DNA from: Vulcanimicrobiota bacterium
GTDB taxonomy: Bacteria > Vulcanimicrobiota > Vulcanimicrobiia > Vulcanimicrobiales > Vulcanimicrobiaceae
Assembly (NCBI GenBank): GCA_963714015.1
Contig: OY970223.1
Location: forward strand, 672,001 to 736,000
Reading direction: 5' to 3'
Length of the DNA: 64,000 bases
Both the position numbers and the translations under genes were made by a program. The notes below the pieces were generated by a model. It worked only from the letters and a program-made list of their open reading frames with translations, was not told the origin of the DNA and did no database searches. The number at the start of each line of letters is the position of its first letter. Within the stretch, counting starts at the first letter, position 1. Positions 19,047 to 28,402 of the stretch are shown one piece after another.

Positions 19047-20162
19047 TACCCGGCACCTTTGCGCGCCGCCGCTACGACGAACGCAGCGCATTGCCGGAGC
19101 GCGTCGTCTGAACCAAGCGCCGCGCGAAGCTCCGCCAGCGCGGCGTATTGCTGGGCCGGATCGTGCAGAGATCTCGTCCATCGCGGTCGACAAGTTGGCC
19201 GGCGTCGCGCGCTCCTGCAGAATCTCCGGCACGATTTCGCGCCCGAGTACCAGGTTGGGAAGCGTGAAAAAACGCCGGGAATAAACTTTGCGCACGTAAC
19301 GTTCGAGCAGCGGTGAGACGATGTACATTGCCGCGCAAGGCACGCCGGAAAGCGCACATTCGAGCACGGCCGTACCTGACGCAACCCACGCTGCGTCGGC
19401 CTGCGCGATTGCGGCACGGGTCCCACGAGCGAACGTCACATCGTTCAGCTGCGCGCGCGCCGCCGCAGACCGAAGCTCGCGCTCAATGCGTTCGTCAGGC
19501 GCACCGATAACGGCGCGGGCGTACGGGCGTTTGCGTTTCAGATCGCGAAATGCGTTCAGCAGCGCCGGCACGTGATACCGCAGTTCGGCCGGGCGGCTTC
19601 CCGGGAGAATCGCCACTGTGCCGCCGTCCCGCGGCGGCGCTTCGCGCGGCGGACGCATCGCATATTGTGAGGCGAGCGGGTGGCCGAAGTATGCCGCTTG
19701 CAATCCGCGTGCGGCGTAAAACTCGTGCTGATGGGCGAATGCCGTAAGCGGCAGCGCAACTGCAGCAACGGCGCGCGCCGTACGCTCGGAGTCCAGCCAC
19801 GCGCCGGGCGGGAAGAGATCGACGATCGTGCCGCCGTAGTGCATGCGGCGCAGGCGTTGCGCGAGCCGCACGTTGAACGCGCCGAAGTCGACGAGCACCA
19901 GCACGTCGGGTTTACTCGCAAAGATATGGCGCGTCGCGGCTTGCCATGCGAAGTACAGCTTCGGAATCTTGGGAATCGCGGCAAACGGCCCGAACGAGGC
20001 CCAGCCCGTGTTTTCGCGCCACACCGTAAAGCCGGCTTCACGCATCAGGCCTGCGCCTATTCCTTCGAATTGCGCGTCCGGATCGATTTGCGCAATTGCT
20101 TGCGCCAACACGACGGCGGCGAACTCTCCCGACGCCTCGCCGGTCGAAAAAAAATACCGCAA
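19046..20162 (-). CDS. lpxB: Lipid-A-disaccharide synthase LpxB (frameshift ~19170)
   Basis: STGEASGE, VDFGAFN, FGHPL, ILPGSRPAE, ASGTAVLECAL, LPNLVLGREIVPEILQ; C-terminus continues in the frame ending at 19046. Confidence 0.9.
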
Positions 20163-20189
20163 TTTACGAAAGGCGGCTCGGCGGCCGCC

Positions 20190-20960
20190 TCATTTCAGCA
20201 GGACGCCGCGCTGCGATTCCCCTTCCAGAAACTGCAGCATATGCCGGCCCGAATCGGTAGCCGCTTCGGACTTCATCACCTCGAGCGCTTCCGCCAAACG
20301 CAACTTCGAACCGTTGAGCAGCTTGTAGAACTTTTTGATCTCGGCTCGGTCTTCGTCGCTGAAGCTGGCGCGCCGAAGGCCGACGCTGTTCAATCCATAC
20401 GGTACGGCCGGGTCGCCTTCGACGAGAAAATACGGCGGAATGTCGCGGCGCACTTTACTGGCGCCCCCGACGAACGCGTAGCGCCCTACGCGGACGAATT
20501 GATGAAATCCCGCCATGCCGCCGATCGTCACGTTGTCTTCGACGAAGCAATGTCCGGCAAGCTGCGCCAGGTTGCTCATCGTCACGTTGTTCCCGACCTC
20601 GCAATTGTGCGCGATGTGCACGTACCCCAGCAGCAAACAGTCGTCGCCGACGACCGTTGCTTGGTCTTCTCCCGTCGCGCGCTGAATGCTGACGTACTCC
20701 CGAATGACCGTACGGCTTCCAATTCTCGTGTACGCGCGCTCGCCTTCGTATTTTTTATCTTGCGAGGCGGCTCCGATGGTCGCGAACGGATAAATCCGGC
20801 TATCCTCGCCGATCGAAGTCCAGCCGTTTACCACGACGTGCGCTTGCAGCACCGTCCCGCGTCCGATCGACACGTTCTCTCCGACGACGCAATACGGACC
20901 GATCTCGACGCCGCGATCGAGTTTCGCATTCGGATGGACGATCGCCGTCGGGTGGATCAT
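20190..20960 (-). CDS. lpxA: UDP-N-acetylglucosamine acyltransferase LpxA
   Basis: MIHPTAIV hexapeptide repeats, QDKKYEGE, IREYVSI, HIAHNC, LAGH, GLNSVGLRR. Confidence 0.97.
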   Translation of the reverse strand: MIHPTAIVHPNAKLDRGVEIGPYCVVGENVSIGRGTVLQAHVVVNGWTSIGEDSRIYPFATIGAASQDKKYEGERAYTRIGSRTVIREYVSIQRATGEDQATVVGDDCLLLGYVHIAHNCEVGNNVTMSNLAQLAGHCFVEDNVTIGGMAGFHQFVRVGRYAFVGGASKVRRDIPPYFLVEGDPAVPYGLNSVGLRRASFSDEDRAEIKKFYKLLNGSKLRLAEALEVMKSEAATDSGRHMLQFLEGESQRGVLLK

Positions 20961-20966
20961 TTAAAA

Positions 20967-21070
20967 GGCGCTCCGCCCTAGGCTCCGCGCCCCCCACGCT
21001 AAAGCGTGGGGCCCCCACGTCCTCATGGCGCTTAAAGCTCGTACTCGACCATCGCCTCCCCGAGGGCGCC
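20967..21070. repeat. 104-bp structured repeat element, single diverged copy between fabZ and lpxA
   Basis: GGCGCTCCGCCCTAGGCT.CGCGCCCCCC..GGGGCCCCCA..CTCCCCG.GGGCGCC shared with copies at 35647-36008; same length. Confidence 0.88.
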
Positions 21071-21102
21071 GGTGAGGTCTCTCCACGGGGGCTGCCAAGG
21101 CC

Positions 21103-21576
21103 TCAAGCATGCAGCACCGTCGCGTCAAAACCGAAGAGCCGCGGATCCGACGCAATTGAAAACATGAGTTCCGCCGAGACGACGAATTGATCTTCTACGC
21201 GTCCTTCGGCATGCACCCAGCCGATGTTGCGCTTGTGTTTGGTCAGGCGCACTTCCATCATGAAACGATCGCCCGGCACGACGGGGCGGCGGAATTTGCA
21301 CGCGTCGATACCGGCCAGGTACGGCGTCTTGCGAGAAAATTCGCCGGGCTCCAGGACGACGGCGCCGCCGAGCTGCGCAAGCGCTTCGATCATGTAGACG
21401 CCGGGCAGGAGCGGATTTCCCGGGAAATGCCCCGTGAATACGGGCTCGGTCGCGGTTACGTTCTTGTAACCGACGGCGCGCACGCCGGGCTCTAATTCCA
21501 CGATCCGATCGACCAGCAGAATCGGATAGCGGTGCGGCAAGATCTCCATGATCTGCCGGATGTCGAGTTCAGCCAA
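21103..21576 (-). CDS. fabZ: 3-hydroxyacyl-ACP dehydratase FabZ
   Basis: LPHRYP.LLVDRI, KNVT, FTGHFPGNP.LPGV..IEALAQ, FRRPVVPGD; TTG start 21576. Confidence 0.95.
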   Translation of the reverse strand: MAELDIRQIMEILPHRYPILLVDRIVELEPGVRAVGYKNVTATEPVFTGHFPGNPLLPGVYMIEALAQLGGAVVLEPGEFSRKTPYLAGIDACKFRRPVVPGDRFMMEVRLTKHKRNIGWVHAEGRVEDQFVVSAELMFSIASDPRLFGFDATVLHA

Positions 21577-21578
21577 GG

Positions 21579-22421
21579 CTATTGCACTTTCGCAGCCGGC
21601 AGAGGATTTTGGCGAAGCTTGCGCAGCTCGCTCGTGGCGAGGCAGTGCAGCTTGTGACCGCTCTTGATCGCCACGATCTCGCATTGCGGATATGCGCCGA
21701 GCAGCGCGAAGTCTCCAAGCAGGTCGAGCACTTTATGGCGCACCGGCTCGTCGGGCCAGCGCAGTTCCTGCATGGGTCCTTCGGGCGCAAACACCACGGC
21801 GTTCTCGAGCGTACCGCCCTTGGCCAGCCCGCGATCCAGCAGCGCCTGCACTTCGTGCAGATATCCGAACGTGCGCGCAGCCGCTATTTCGCGCTCGAAC
21901 ACGCCGGAATCCATTTCGGCGTCAAAGTATTGCGCACCGATGGGCGGAGCAAAGTCGGCGATGAAGCGCACGCGCAAACGCGCGGCGGGAAGAATGACGA
22001 TCGCGCGGTCGCCGTCCCGCAGGAAGACCGCCGAGAGCGGGACGTACGTCTCGCGAACTTCTTTTTGCCGGACGGTGCCGGCTTCATGGATGCGATCGAC
22101 GAAGAACTTGGCGCTGCCGTCCGCGACGGGAATTTCCGGACCGTCGACGTGGATCTCGGCGTTGGCAACTCCCGTTCCGAACAGTGCGGAAAGCAGATGC
22201 TCGACCGTGGAGATAGTGACGCCGTCTTTGCCCAAGACCGTTGCGCGCGCGGTTTCGACGACGAACTCGGCCAGAGCCGGAATGTTTACGCCGCCGGAGC
22301 GAAAGACGAATCCCGAATCGGGAGCCCCGGGACGCACTTCAATGCGGCAAGCAGCGCCGCTATGCAGTCCTACGCCGTGCACTTCGAACGCGTTGCGCAG
22401 CGTGCTCTGGTACTGCGTCAC
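21579..22421 (-). CDS. lpxC: UDP-3-O-acyl-N-acetylglucosamine deacetylase LpxC
   Basis: GVGLHSG, TVEHLLSAL, ARTFG, GGTLENA, RHKVLDLLGD, GHKLH. Confidence 0.96.
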   Translation of the reverse strand: MTQYQSTLRNAFEVHGVGLHSGAACRIEVRPGAPDSGFVFRSGGVNIPALAEFVVETARATVLGKDGVTISTVEHLLSALFGTGVANAEIHVDGPEIPVADGSAKFFVDRIHEAGTVRQKEVRETYVPLSAVFLRDGDRAIVILPAARLRVRFIADFAPPIGAQYFDAEMDSGVFEREIAAARTFGYLHEVQALLDRGLAKGGTLENAVVFAPEGPMQELRWPDEPVRHKVLDLLGDFALLGAYPQCEIVAIKSGHKLHCLATSELRKLRQNPLPAAKVQ

Positions 22422-22424
22422 CGT

Positions 22425-23453
22425 TCAGCGTCCGCTGTCTTTTTCTTCGAGCGCCTCGACACGGGCAACCAGCTTAGGCAGGTCTCGAAGCATGACCTCT
22501 CGTCTGAGGTCCTCCCGATGCGGCCGTGCCGGCGTGCCGCTGACGAATGCGTCGTCCGGAAGGTTGCTCCATACCCTCGCGCCCGCTGCAATTTTCACGC
22601 GAGAACCAATGGTAATGTGTCCTTTGAAGCCTGACTGGCCGCCGACCAGCACGTAGTCTCCCAGAATGGTGCTGCCCGCGAGACCCGTTTGAGCGGCCAT
22701 GCCGACGCCGCGCCCGATGCGGCAATTATGTCCGACCTGGCACAGGTTGTCGATTTTGGTGCCGTCGCCGATCTGCGTACTGCCCGTTTGCGCGCGGTCG
22801 ATGCACGTATTGGCGCCAATCTCGACGTCGTCGCCCAGCACCACGTTGCCGACTTGCGGAATCCGCTCGAACCGGCCGTCGACGAAGACGTAGCCGAACC
22901 CGTCGCTGCCAACGGTCGCGCCGGCTTGCAGAATCACCCGATCGCCGGCGACGCACTCGTCCAAGATGCGCGCGTGCGGATGAAGAATCGCATCGGCGCC
23001 TACTCGCGCGTCTTGCCCGACGTACGTCCCTGCTTCGAGTACCGTTCGGTCACCGACCACCGCACCGCGGGAGACGACGACGTGGGGCCCGATGTACACG
23101 TCCTCACCGACTTGCGCCGAAGCTTCGACGATGGCGGAAGCATCGCGATACGGACCGCACTTTCGAGGACGATCGAACTCACGCAGAAGTTCCATCAGCG
23201 CGATGCGCGCGCTGGCGACGCAGATGAGCGGCTTACGGGCGTCGGTCATGCTTTCGACGAGGGCTTCATCGACGATAATGGCGGCGGCTCGCGACTTCAG
23301 GGCTGCCTGCAGATAAGCCGGGGTCGTTGCGAACGTCAGGGTCCCCGAATCAGCCTCGTCGATAGCCGCTATACTTGCGATGCGCAGGCCGGAATCGCCG
23401 CGAACCGTTCCGCCTACCCGCCGCGCAAGATCGGCCAGCGTTCCGAGGCTCAT
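22425..23453 (-). CDS. lpxD: UDP-3-O-acylglucosamine N-acyltransferase LpxD
   Basis: GSDGFGY, IPQVGNV, EIGANTCIDR, KIDNLCQVGHN hexapeptide repeats. Confidence 0.96.
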   Translation of the reverse strand: MSLGTLADLARRVGGTVRGDSGLRIASIAAIDEADSGTLTFATTPAYLQAALKSRAAAIIVDEALVESMTDARKPLICVASARIALMELLREFDRPRKCGPYRDASAIVEASAQVGEDVYIGPHVVVSRGAVVGDRTVLEAGTYVGQDARVGADAILHPHARILDECVAGDRVILQAGATVGSDGFGYVFVDGRFERIPQVGNVVLGDDVEIGANTCIDRAQTGSTQIGDGTKIDNLCQVGHNCRIGRGVGMAAQTGLAGSTILGDYVLVGGQSGFKGHITIGSRVKIAAGARVWSNLPDDAFVSGTPARPHREDLRREVMLRDLPKLVARVEALEEKDSGR

Positions 23454-23460
23454 CGGCGCT

Positions 23461-23871
23461 TTACGGACTGGACGAAGGCGACGGCGAGGTCTCCGTGATC
23501 CCCAGAATCTTTTCCACGTCCGGAGTGATGTCGGTTCCGCCGTATCCGATGAATTCGCGGGTCAGCACGAGCCGCAAATTCTTCTGCTGCGCGACCTTCT
23601 GGGCCGCGTCTTTGATTTGATCGACCAGCTGTTGGGAAATCTTGCCGTACTTGGCCTGCAACTGCATCGCCTGCGCACGCTTCTGCGCGGTGGACTGGTT
23701 GCCTGATTCGACGGCGCGCTCGTCGGCCATCAGTTGGTTCTGAGCATTGTTGTACTGCGGCCAATTGGCGGTCAACCGCTGAACATCCAGAAGTCCCACC
23801 GGACTCGATTGCGCAGCGCATCCGCTCAAAAGCGCGGCCGCGAGGGCGATAATCGTGCGTTGCTTTTTCAC
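23461..23871 (-). CDS. OmpH/Skp-like protein, lipoprotein
   Basis: Lipobox LSGC; VGLLDVQR; VAQQKNLRLVL...YGGTDITPDV. Confidence 0.8.
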   Translation of the reverse strand: MKKQRTIIALAAALLSGCAAQSSPVGLLDVQRLTANWPQYNNAQNQLMADERAVESGNQSTAQKRAQAMQLQAKYGKISQQLVDQIKDAAQKVAQQKNLRLVLTREFIGYGGTDITPDVEKILGITETSPSPSSSP

Positions 23872-25186
23872 TGGTTCAAACTCTCTATGTCCTTTTCGAC
23901 GTCGTCGGTCAGGTCGATGCCGCCGCTTGCGGCGGTGACGTGGCTGAAAACTACCGTCAGACCGCGCTTTGCCGCCTCGGTGTGCGCGTCGTTTGTGATC
24001 TGATCGACCATCTTGCTGTACAGATCGTCGCGCTGGTGCTGAAGGTCGGCAAGCTGTTTGGCCGCTGCGCCCGTCGCCACGGAAGTGGCTCCCTGCAGCG
24101 CCGAATACTGCGCGTCCAAGTCGTCCTTCGTGGCTTGATACTGCGCGATCGTCTTTTGCGCGTCGGCTTGAAACTCCGACTTGAACTGTTTGTCGATCTG
24201 CGCGAGCCGATCGCGAGTCGAAGCCGGCAGATTGGATGGAATCGGCGCCGGCCGCAGGCCTTGCAGTCTGCGAGGAAACCTGCTGCGAGACTTCGTTCTG
24301 GCGCGAGGAGATCTTCGCGGCGGTTTGACTGTGAATCTTTGCCGCCTGGGCGGCGATATCGCGCTGCGTTGTGGAGGCGAGCTGCTTGCGATATGCCGCA
24401 AGGGTTTGTTGATCTCGCCGGCGCTGCGCAGCGACTGCACCGTTTTCTTGCTCTTGAATTGCGCTTCAGCTGGTTGCGGTACTGCGCGCGCGTGGCATCG
24501 TCCATGGCTAGGTTGTTCAGTTTCGTTTGGAGATCGAGCTTCTTGGAGGCGTCTTGCTGCGAGAGGTTGAGCGCGAGTTGCGACTCTTGTTCGTTCAGCT
24601 CGGTAGCCTTCTGGCGAAACGACTGCTCCGCCCGCAATTGGAGCTGCCGGCTAATCTGGGCGACGGCGGCGTTGTCTTGAGCAACGACCGTAGTACGATA
24701 GTTTTGAAAGTCGGCGTTCGCTTCCGACGTCACGGCCTGCGCCTGTTGGGCGGTCGTGGTCTGCATTTGCGTGAGCGCCTGGTTGCCGTTCGTTCCCGAT
24801 GCAGCCGAACCGAGCGCTGCATCGATCGCCGCTTGTTCGCGGCGCGCATAATCGACCTGCTTTTGGCGAAGGATTGCCGAAGCGCGGTTCTGAGCCTGCT
24901 GCAGTTCTTGATTGAGCTCCCGGGTCTGCTGCGCGATCTGCGCGCTCGAGCGAGGGACCGCGGACGCCCCAAGCGATTTCAGGTCCAGGGCGTCAATCGC
25001 ATCCTGAATCTGAGAGAGTCGCGTGTAAAGCGGGTGCTTCTTGACGACGTCGTCCAGCCGGACGTACCCGATTCCGCGTACGTCGGCATCCGTCGCCTTT
25101 TGCTCGTGCGCGCAGCCGGCGACAAAAAGCGCTGCCAAGACGGCCGGCAACATCACCCCGAACTTACTTGAGCCCATTTTGGACAT
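23868..25186 (-). CDS. Long coiled-coil OmpH/Skp-like lipoprotein (frameshifts ~24460 and ~24260)
   Basis: Lipobox VAGC; IGYVRLDDVVKKHP; Gln/Ala-rich coiled coil; C-terminal AAKRGLTVVF...GGIDLTDDV. Confidence 0.7.
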
Positions 25187-25967
25187 CTTGCGTGATGTCC
25201 GTGCCTCCGTAAATGATATCCGATCGATCGATAACGAGAATCAGATTCTTCTGCTGCGCGACTTTGGACATCACGTTGCGCGTCTGATCGACCAGCGGCT
25301 TGAGCGTCTTGTCCTGCTGCGCGCTCACCTGCTTCTGGTAATCTTGGAAAATCTGTTGCTGCTGTTGCGGATTGTTCTTGGCGGCCTGCATTCGCTTCAT
25401 CGCATCTTGGCGCTGCTGCGCGGCGTACTTTACGAAGTCGTCGTTGGCCTGTTTGATGCGCGGAACTTGATCGATCTGCGTCTGGTCGACGTAGCCGATC
25501 TGGGAGGGCGGCGGCGTCGCCGTCGGCGGAACGACTTGTCCCGGCTCATTGAACAGATCGATTACCGACTTGGTGATGTCCTTACCGCCGTAGACGACGA
25601 TCCGTTTGTCGACGACCACCGACAGGCGATTGTTGGAGCTCGCCTGCGCTATGGCGGCCTGCGCGCGCGCGAAGAGCGGCCCGAGCACCTGGCGCTGACG
25701 GTTGAAGAACTTGTCGCGGAACGGTCCCGCAATGCGCTGTACATCCGCCTGCGACTTGCCGCGCGTCGCGGACGCATATTGCGCGTCCAATTGGCTCTTG
25801 TACTGCGCGACCTGCGCGTTCGCGCGCTGAAACTGCGGAAGGGCGCCGATTGCCGCTTGATCGATGAACCCGACGTCGGTTAAATCCGCGGCGAGAGCGA
25901 CAGGCGCAGCGATGAAGGCCGCGAGAGCGGCCAATGCCACGAGTGTGATGGTTTTCCGAATCTTCAT
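25164..25967 (-). CDS. Tandem-domain OmpH/Skp chaperone
   Basis: Signal peptide ALA-A; two units each beginning (V/I)G(F/Y)(I/V)DQ and ending YGG.DIT. Confidence 0.82.
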   Translation of the reverse strand: MKIRKTITLVALAALAAFIAAPVALAADLTDVGFIDQAAIGALPQFQRANAQVAQYKSQLDAQYASATRGKSQADVQRIAGPFRDKFFNRQRQVLGPLFARAQAAIAQASSNNRLSVVVDKRIVVYGGKDITKSVIDLFNEPGQVVPPTATPPPSQIGYVDQTQIDQVPRIKQANDDFVKYAAQQRQDAMKRMQAAKNNPQQQQQIFQDYQKQVSAQQDKTLKPLVDQTRNVMSKVAQQKNLILVIDRSDIIYGGTDITQDVQNGLK

Positions 25968-26002
25968 GGGTCCTTTAGGAGATCTCTCCTTTAATCTACG
26001 GC

Positions 26003-28261
26003 CTAGAAACTTTGGCCGATGCCGAAGCTGGTGTGCGTGCCGTTCGCGCCCTTGGCGAAATCGATTCGAATCGTATGGAATCCGAGTTGCGGGACATCGA
26101 AGCGGAACCCTATGCCGTAGTCGCCCCGATACGTCCACTCCGCCGGATAACCGACGATGCGGCTGGTATAGGGATCGAGCAACGGAGAGGCGCCGCGTAC
26201 GCGGAATCCGCCCTCGTCGACGAACAGCGCGATCCCGAACTTGCGATCGGCCGTGAACGGATAGCGCAGCTCGGCCTGGCCGAGCACCGTGTCCGTACCG
26301 TAAAAGACGCTGTTATATCCGCGCAGTTGCTGATCGGAGAACGTATAGAGCGAGCTGGGCGGAATGATGCCGGTGGAAAGCCGCCCTTGCCCGTGCAGTG
26401 CGAACGTCGAGTTCTTCAAAACGGGCAGAAACTTGGTCAGGTCGAGCTGCGTCTGCGTGTACCGGAAATTCGAACCGAGCGCCGGATCGGAGAACGTCTC
26501 GCCGAGATTGATCGTGCCGCCGTGGCGCGGGTTGAAGATGTCGTCGAGCGTTGCCGCGGAGTTGGTTCCCAGGCCGAGCGTAACCGTGTCCAAGTCATAG
26601 AGCTGGCCGGTGTTGATGTTGGCGAGCGAGGTTGCGGTGATACCGAACGTTCCGGTGTTCGTCTGCGAACCGAAAGGCCCCGGAGTGGGCCCGACCAGCA
26701 CGTTGGGTTGAACGCTCTGGAAGTAGTACGGCGACGGAACCGTGGTGCTGTTGGAGAAACGCTCGCCGCTCACTCCGACGCTTGCGGTAAAGAAGTCGGT
26801 CAAACGGCGTCCCACCTGCGCGCTGGCGCCGAGCGAGTCCGCCGTGCTCGTGGAAACGACGCCCGGCACGAGCTGCGAGGTACCGGTCTGAAGCAGCGTC
26901 ACGGGAACGGGCGAAGTACCGGTCGCGGTCGTGAGCGACGTGGTGTACACCGGATAGAAGTACGTGTAGCCGTTCGTGAACACGGTGCCGCTGAAGCTGT
27001 ACTTCTGCGAGTTCTTCGTGTTGCCGACGTACGGAATGGTCACCTGCGCCTGCGTGACGTAGCTGTTGGCGCCGCGTTCGAACTGCACGGAAACGCCGTT
27101 GCCGGTGCCGTGCAGATTCGTGTCGGAGTAGCCGAGCGTGCCGTAGAGGCCTTGTCCGGTCAAACCGCCGGAATAGCCGGCGCCGATCGAAGCCTGCGCC
27201 GTTTTCTGTTCCGTGACGACCCAGTCCAGAACGACGCAGCCCGGATCTTTCTTCATCATCTCCTCGGGGCACGACTTGGGATTGACGTCGACCTTCGAGA
27301 AGAATCCGGTGTTGTTGAGGCGTTCGAGATCGCGCTGCACGCCGGACTTGGTGAGCAGAAATCCGGGGCGTTCGGAAAGTTCGCGGCGGATCACGACGTC
27401 TTTGGTCTTGGTATTGCCGGTGATCTGCACCAGACCGACGCGAGCCGCATAGACGTCATATTTGACGCGCGCCGTTCCGGCTTTCTGATCGATGGTGGCC
27501 GGGTCGATGCCGCCCGGCATGTCCCCGAGCAGCAGATTGTACTTCTCGAACAGCGCGTTGACCGCATCACGATCGGATTGATACATCTGGTCCGAATATT
27601 CGGCGCCGGGCTTGGCCTTGAGGACCGGCAGGATCACCGACGGCGGCAAAACCGGATCGCCGCCGATGTCGACGCCCGTGATCGTCAGGCCTTCGCGCAG
27701 ATCGATCGTGAGCGTTCCCGCCTTCGAGTCGATGTTCAGGTTCAGCACGTGCGAGGGTAGCTGGCCGCTGTAGCCGATGCGATCGTAGTAGGAGTTGATC
27801 TTCAGGAAGTCTTCGCGCAGCGTATTCGTGTTGAGCACCTGTCCGACGGACGTGTCCATCAGCGCGAGCAGCGTGTCCGCCGGAACGTGCTGATTGCCCG
27901 TGAAGGCGATCTTGGTGATGACCGGGTTCTCGATAACCCGGTACGTGATAGCGATCCCGCCCGGTCGCTGCCGGATCAGCGGCGCGGCCTGATCGGAAAA
28001 GTATCCCAGCGCGAAGATGCGCCCCAGGTCGCTCTGGATTACCTTCGGGTCGTACGGCTGCCCCGGCCGTGCCTGCACGACCGCCATGATCGTCTGTGTC
28101 GGAACGTGCGCGTTGCCCGAGACGTCCACGGAGACGATCTTCGGGGTCGCGGCCGATTGGGCCGGCGCCGGCGGACATACCAGCAGAACACAGACAAGTG
28201 CGAGCACCAGGCCCACACACCGGTGGAGCGCGCCCCGCGCACGCCAGAGGCTAGAGGTCAT
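26003..28261 (-). CDS. bamA: BamA/Omp85 outer-membrane protein assembly factor
   Basis: Four POTRA-like repeats (VSGNAHV, FTGNQHV, IGGDPV, ITGNTKTKDVVIRREL), NLHGTG, LRGY, GIGFRF...IRIDFA, C-terminal FGIGQSF. Confidence 0.92.
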   Translation of the reverse strand: MTSSLWRARGALHRCVGLVLALVCVLLVCPPAPAQSAATPKIVSVDVSGNAHVPTQTIMAVVQARPGQPYDPKVIQSDLGRIFALGYFSDQAAPLIRQRPGGIAITYRVIENPVITKIAFTGNQHVPADTLLALMDTSVGQVLNTNTLREDFLKINSYYDRIGYSGQLPSHVLNLNIDSKAGTLTIDLREGLTITGVDIGGDPVLPPSVILPVLKAKPGAEYSDQMYQSDRDAVNALFEKYNLLLGDMPGGIDPATIDQKAGTARVKYDVYAARVGLVQITGNTKTKDVVIRRELSERPGFLLTKSGVQRDLERLNNTGFFSKVDVNPKSCPEEMMKKDPGCVVLDWVVTEQKTAQASIGAGYSGGLTGQGLYGTLGYSDTNLHGTGNGVSVQFERGANSYVTQAQVTIPYVGNTKNSQKYSFSGTVFTNGYTYFYPVYTTSLTTATGTSPVPVTLLQTGTSQLVPGVVSTSTADSLGASAQVGRRLTDFFTASVGVSGERFSNSTTVPSPYYFQSVQPNVLVGPTPGPFGSQTNTGTFGITATSLANINTGQLYDLDTVTLGLGTNSAATLDDIFNPRHGGTINLGETFSDPALGSNFRYTQTQLDLTKFLPVLKNSTFALHGQGRLSTGIIPPSSLYTFSDQQLRGYNSVFYGTDTVLGQAELRYPFTADRKFGIALFVDEGGFRVRGASPLLDPYTSRIVGYPAEWTYRGDYGIGFRFDVPQLGFHTIRIDFAKGANGTHTSFGIGQSF

Positions 28262-28320
28262 CAAAAATCTTTTCCCTATATGAGAAGGTTCGACTCCAAC
28301 GCTATTGCTGCATTGGCACA

Positions 28321-28348
28321 TTAACGCGCCCGGAGTACGCGCCGTTTC
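28321..28348 (-). promoter_or_regulatory. Putative ECF-sigma promoter upstream of bamA
   Basis: Minus strand GAAAC-N17-CGTTAA in the tamB-bamA gap. Confidence 0.35.
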
Positions 28349-28402
28349 GACCCGCCCCGCCTGTTCGAGGCTATCGGTCCCGGTCCTTGCAACCGTGAAA
28401 TC

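Noticed and set aside
18330..20162. Apparent 610-aa LpxB-phosphoesterase fusion
   Set aside because: The LpxB C-terminus continues in another frame to a TAG overlapping a GTG at 19046; one indel near 19170 explains the fusion
26012..27760. Long antisense/overlapping ORFs (e.g. 582 aa opposite bamA, 543 aa opposite trpS, 433 aa opposite lpxA/lpxB)
   Set aside because: Expected shadows of GC-rich codon usage; no recognisable motifs
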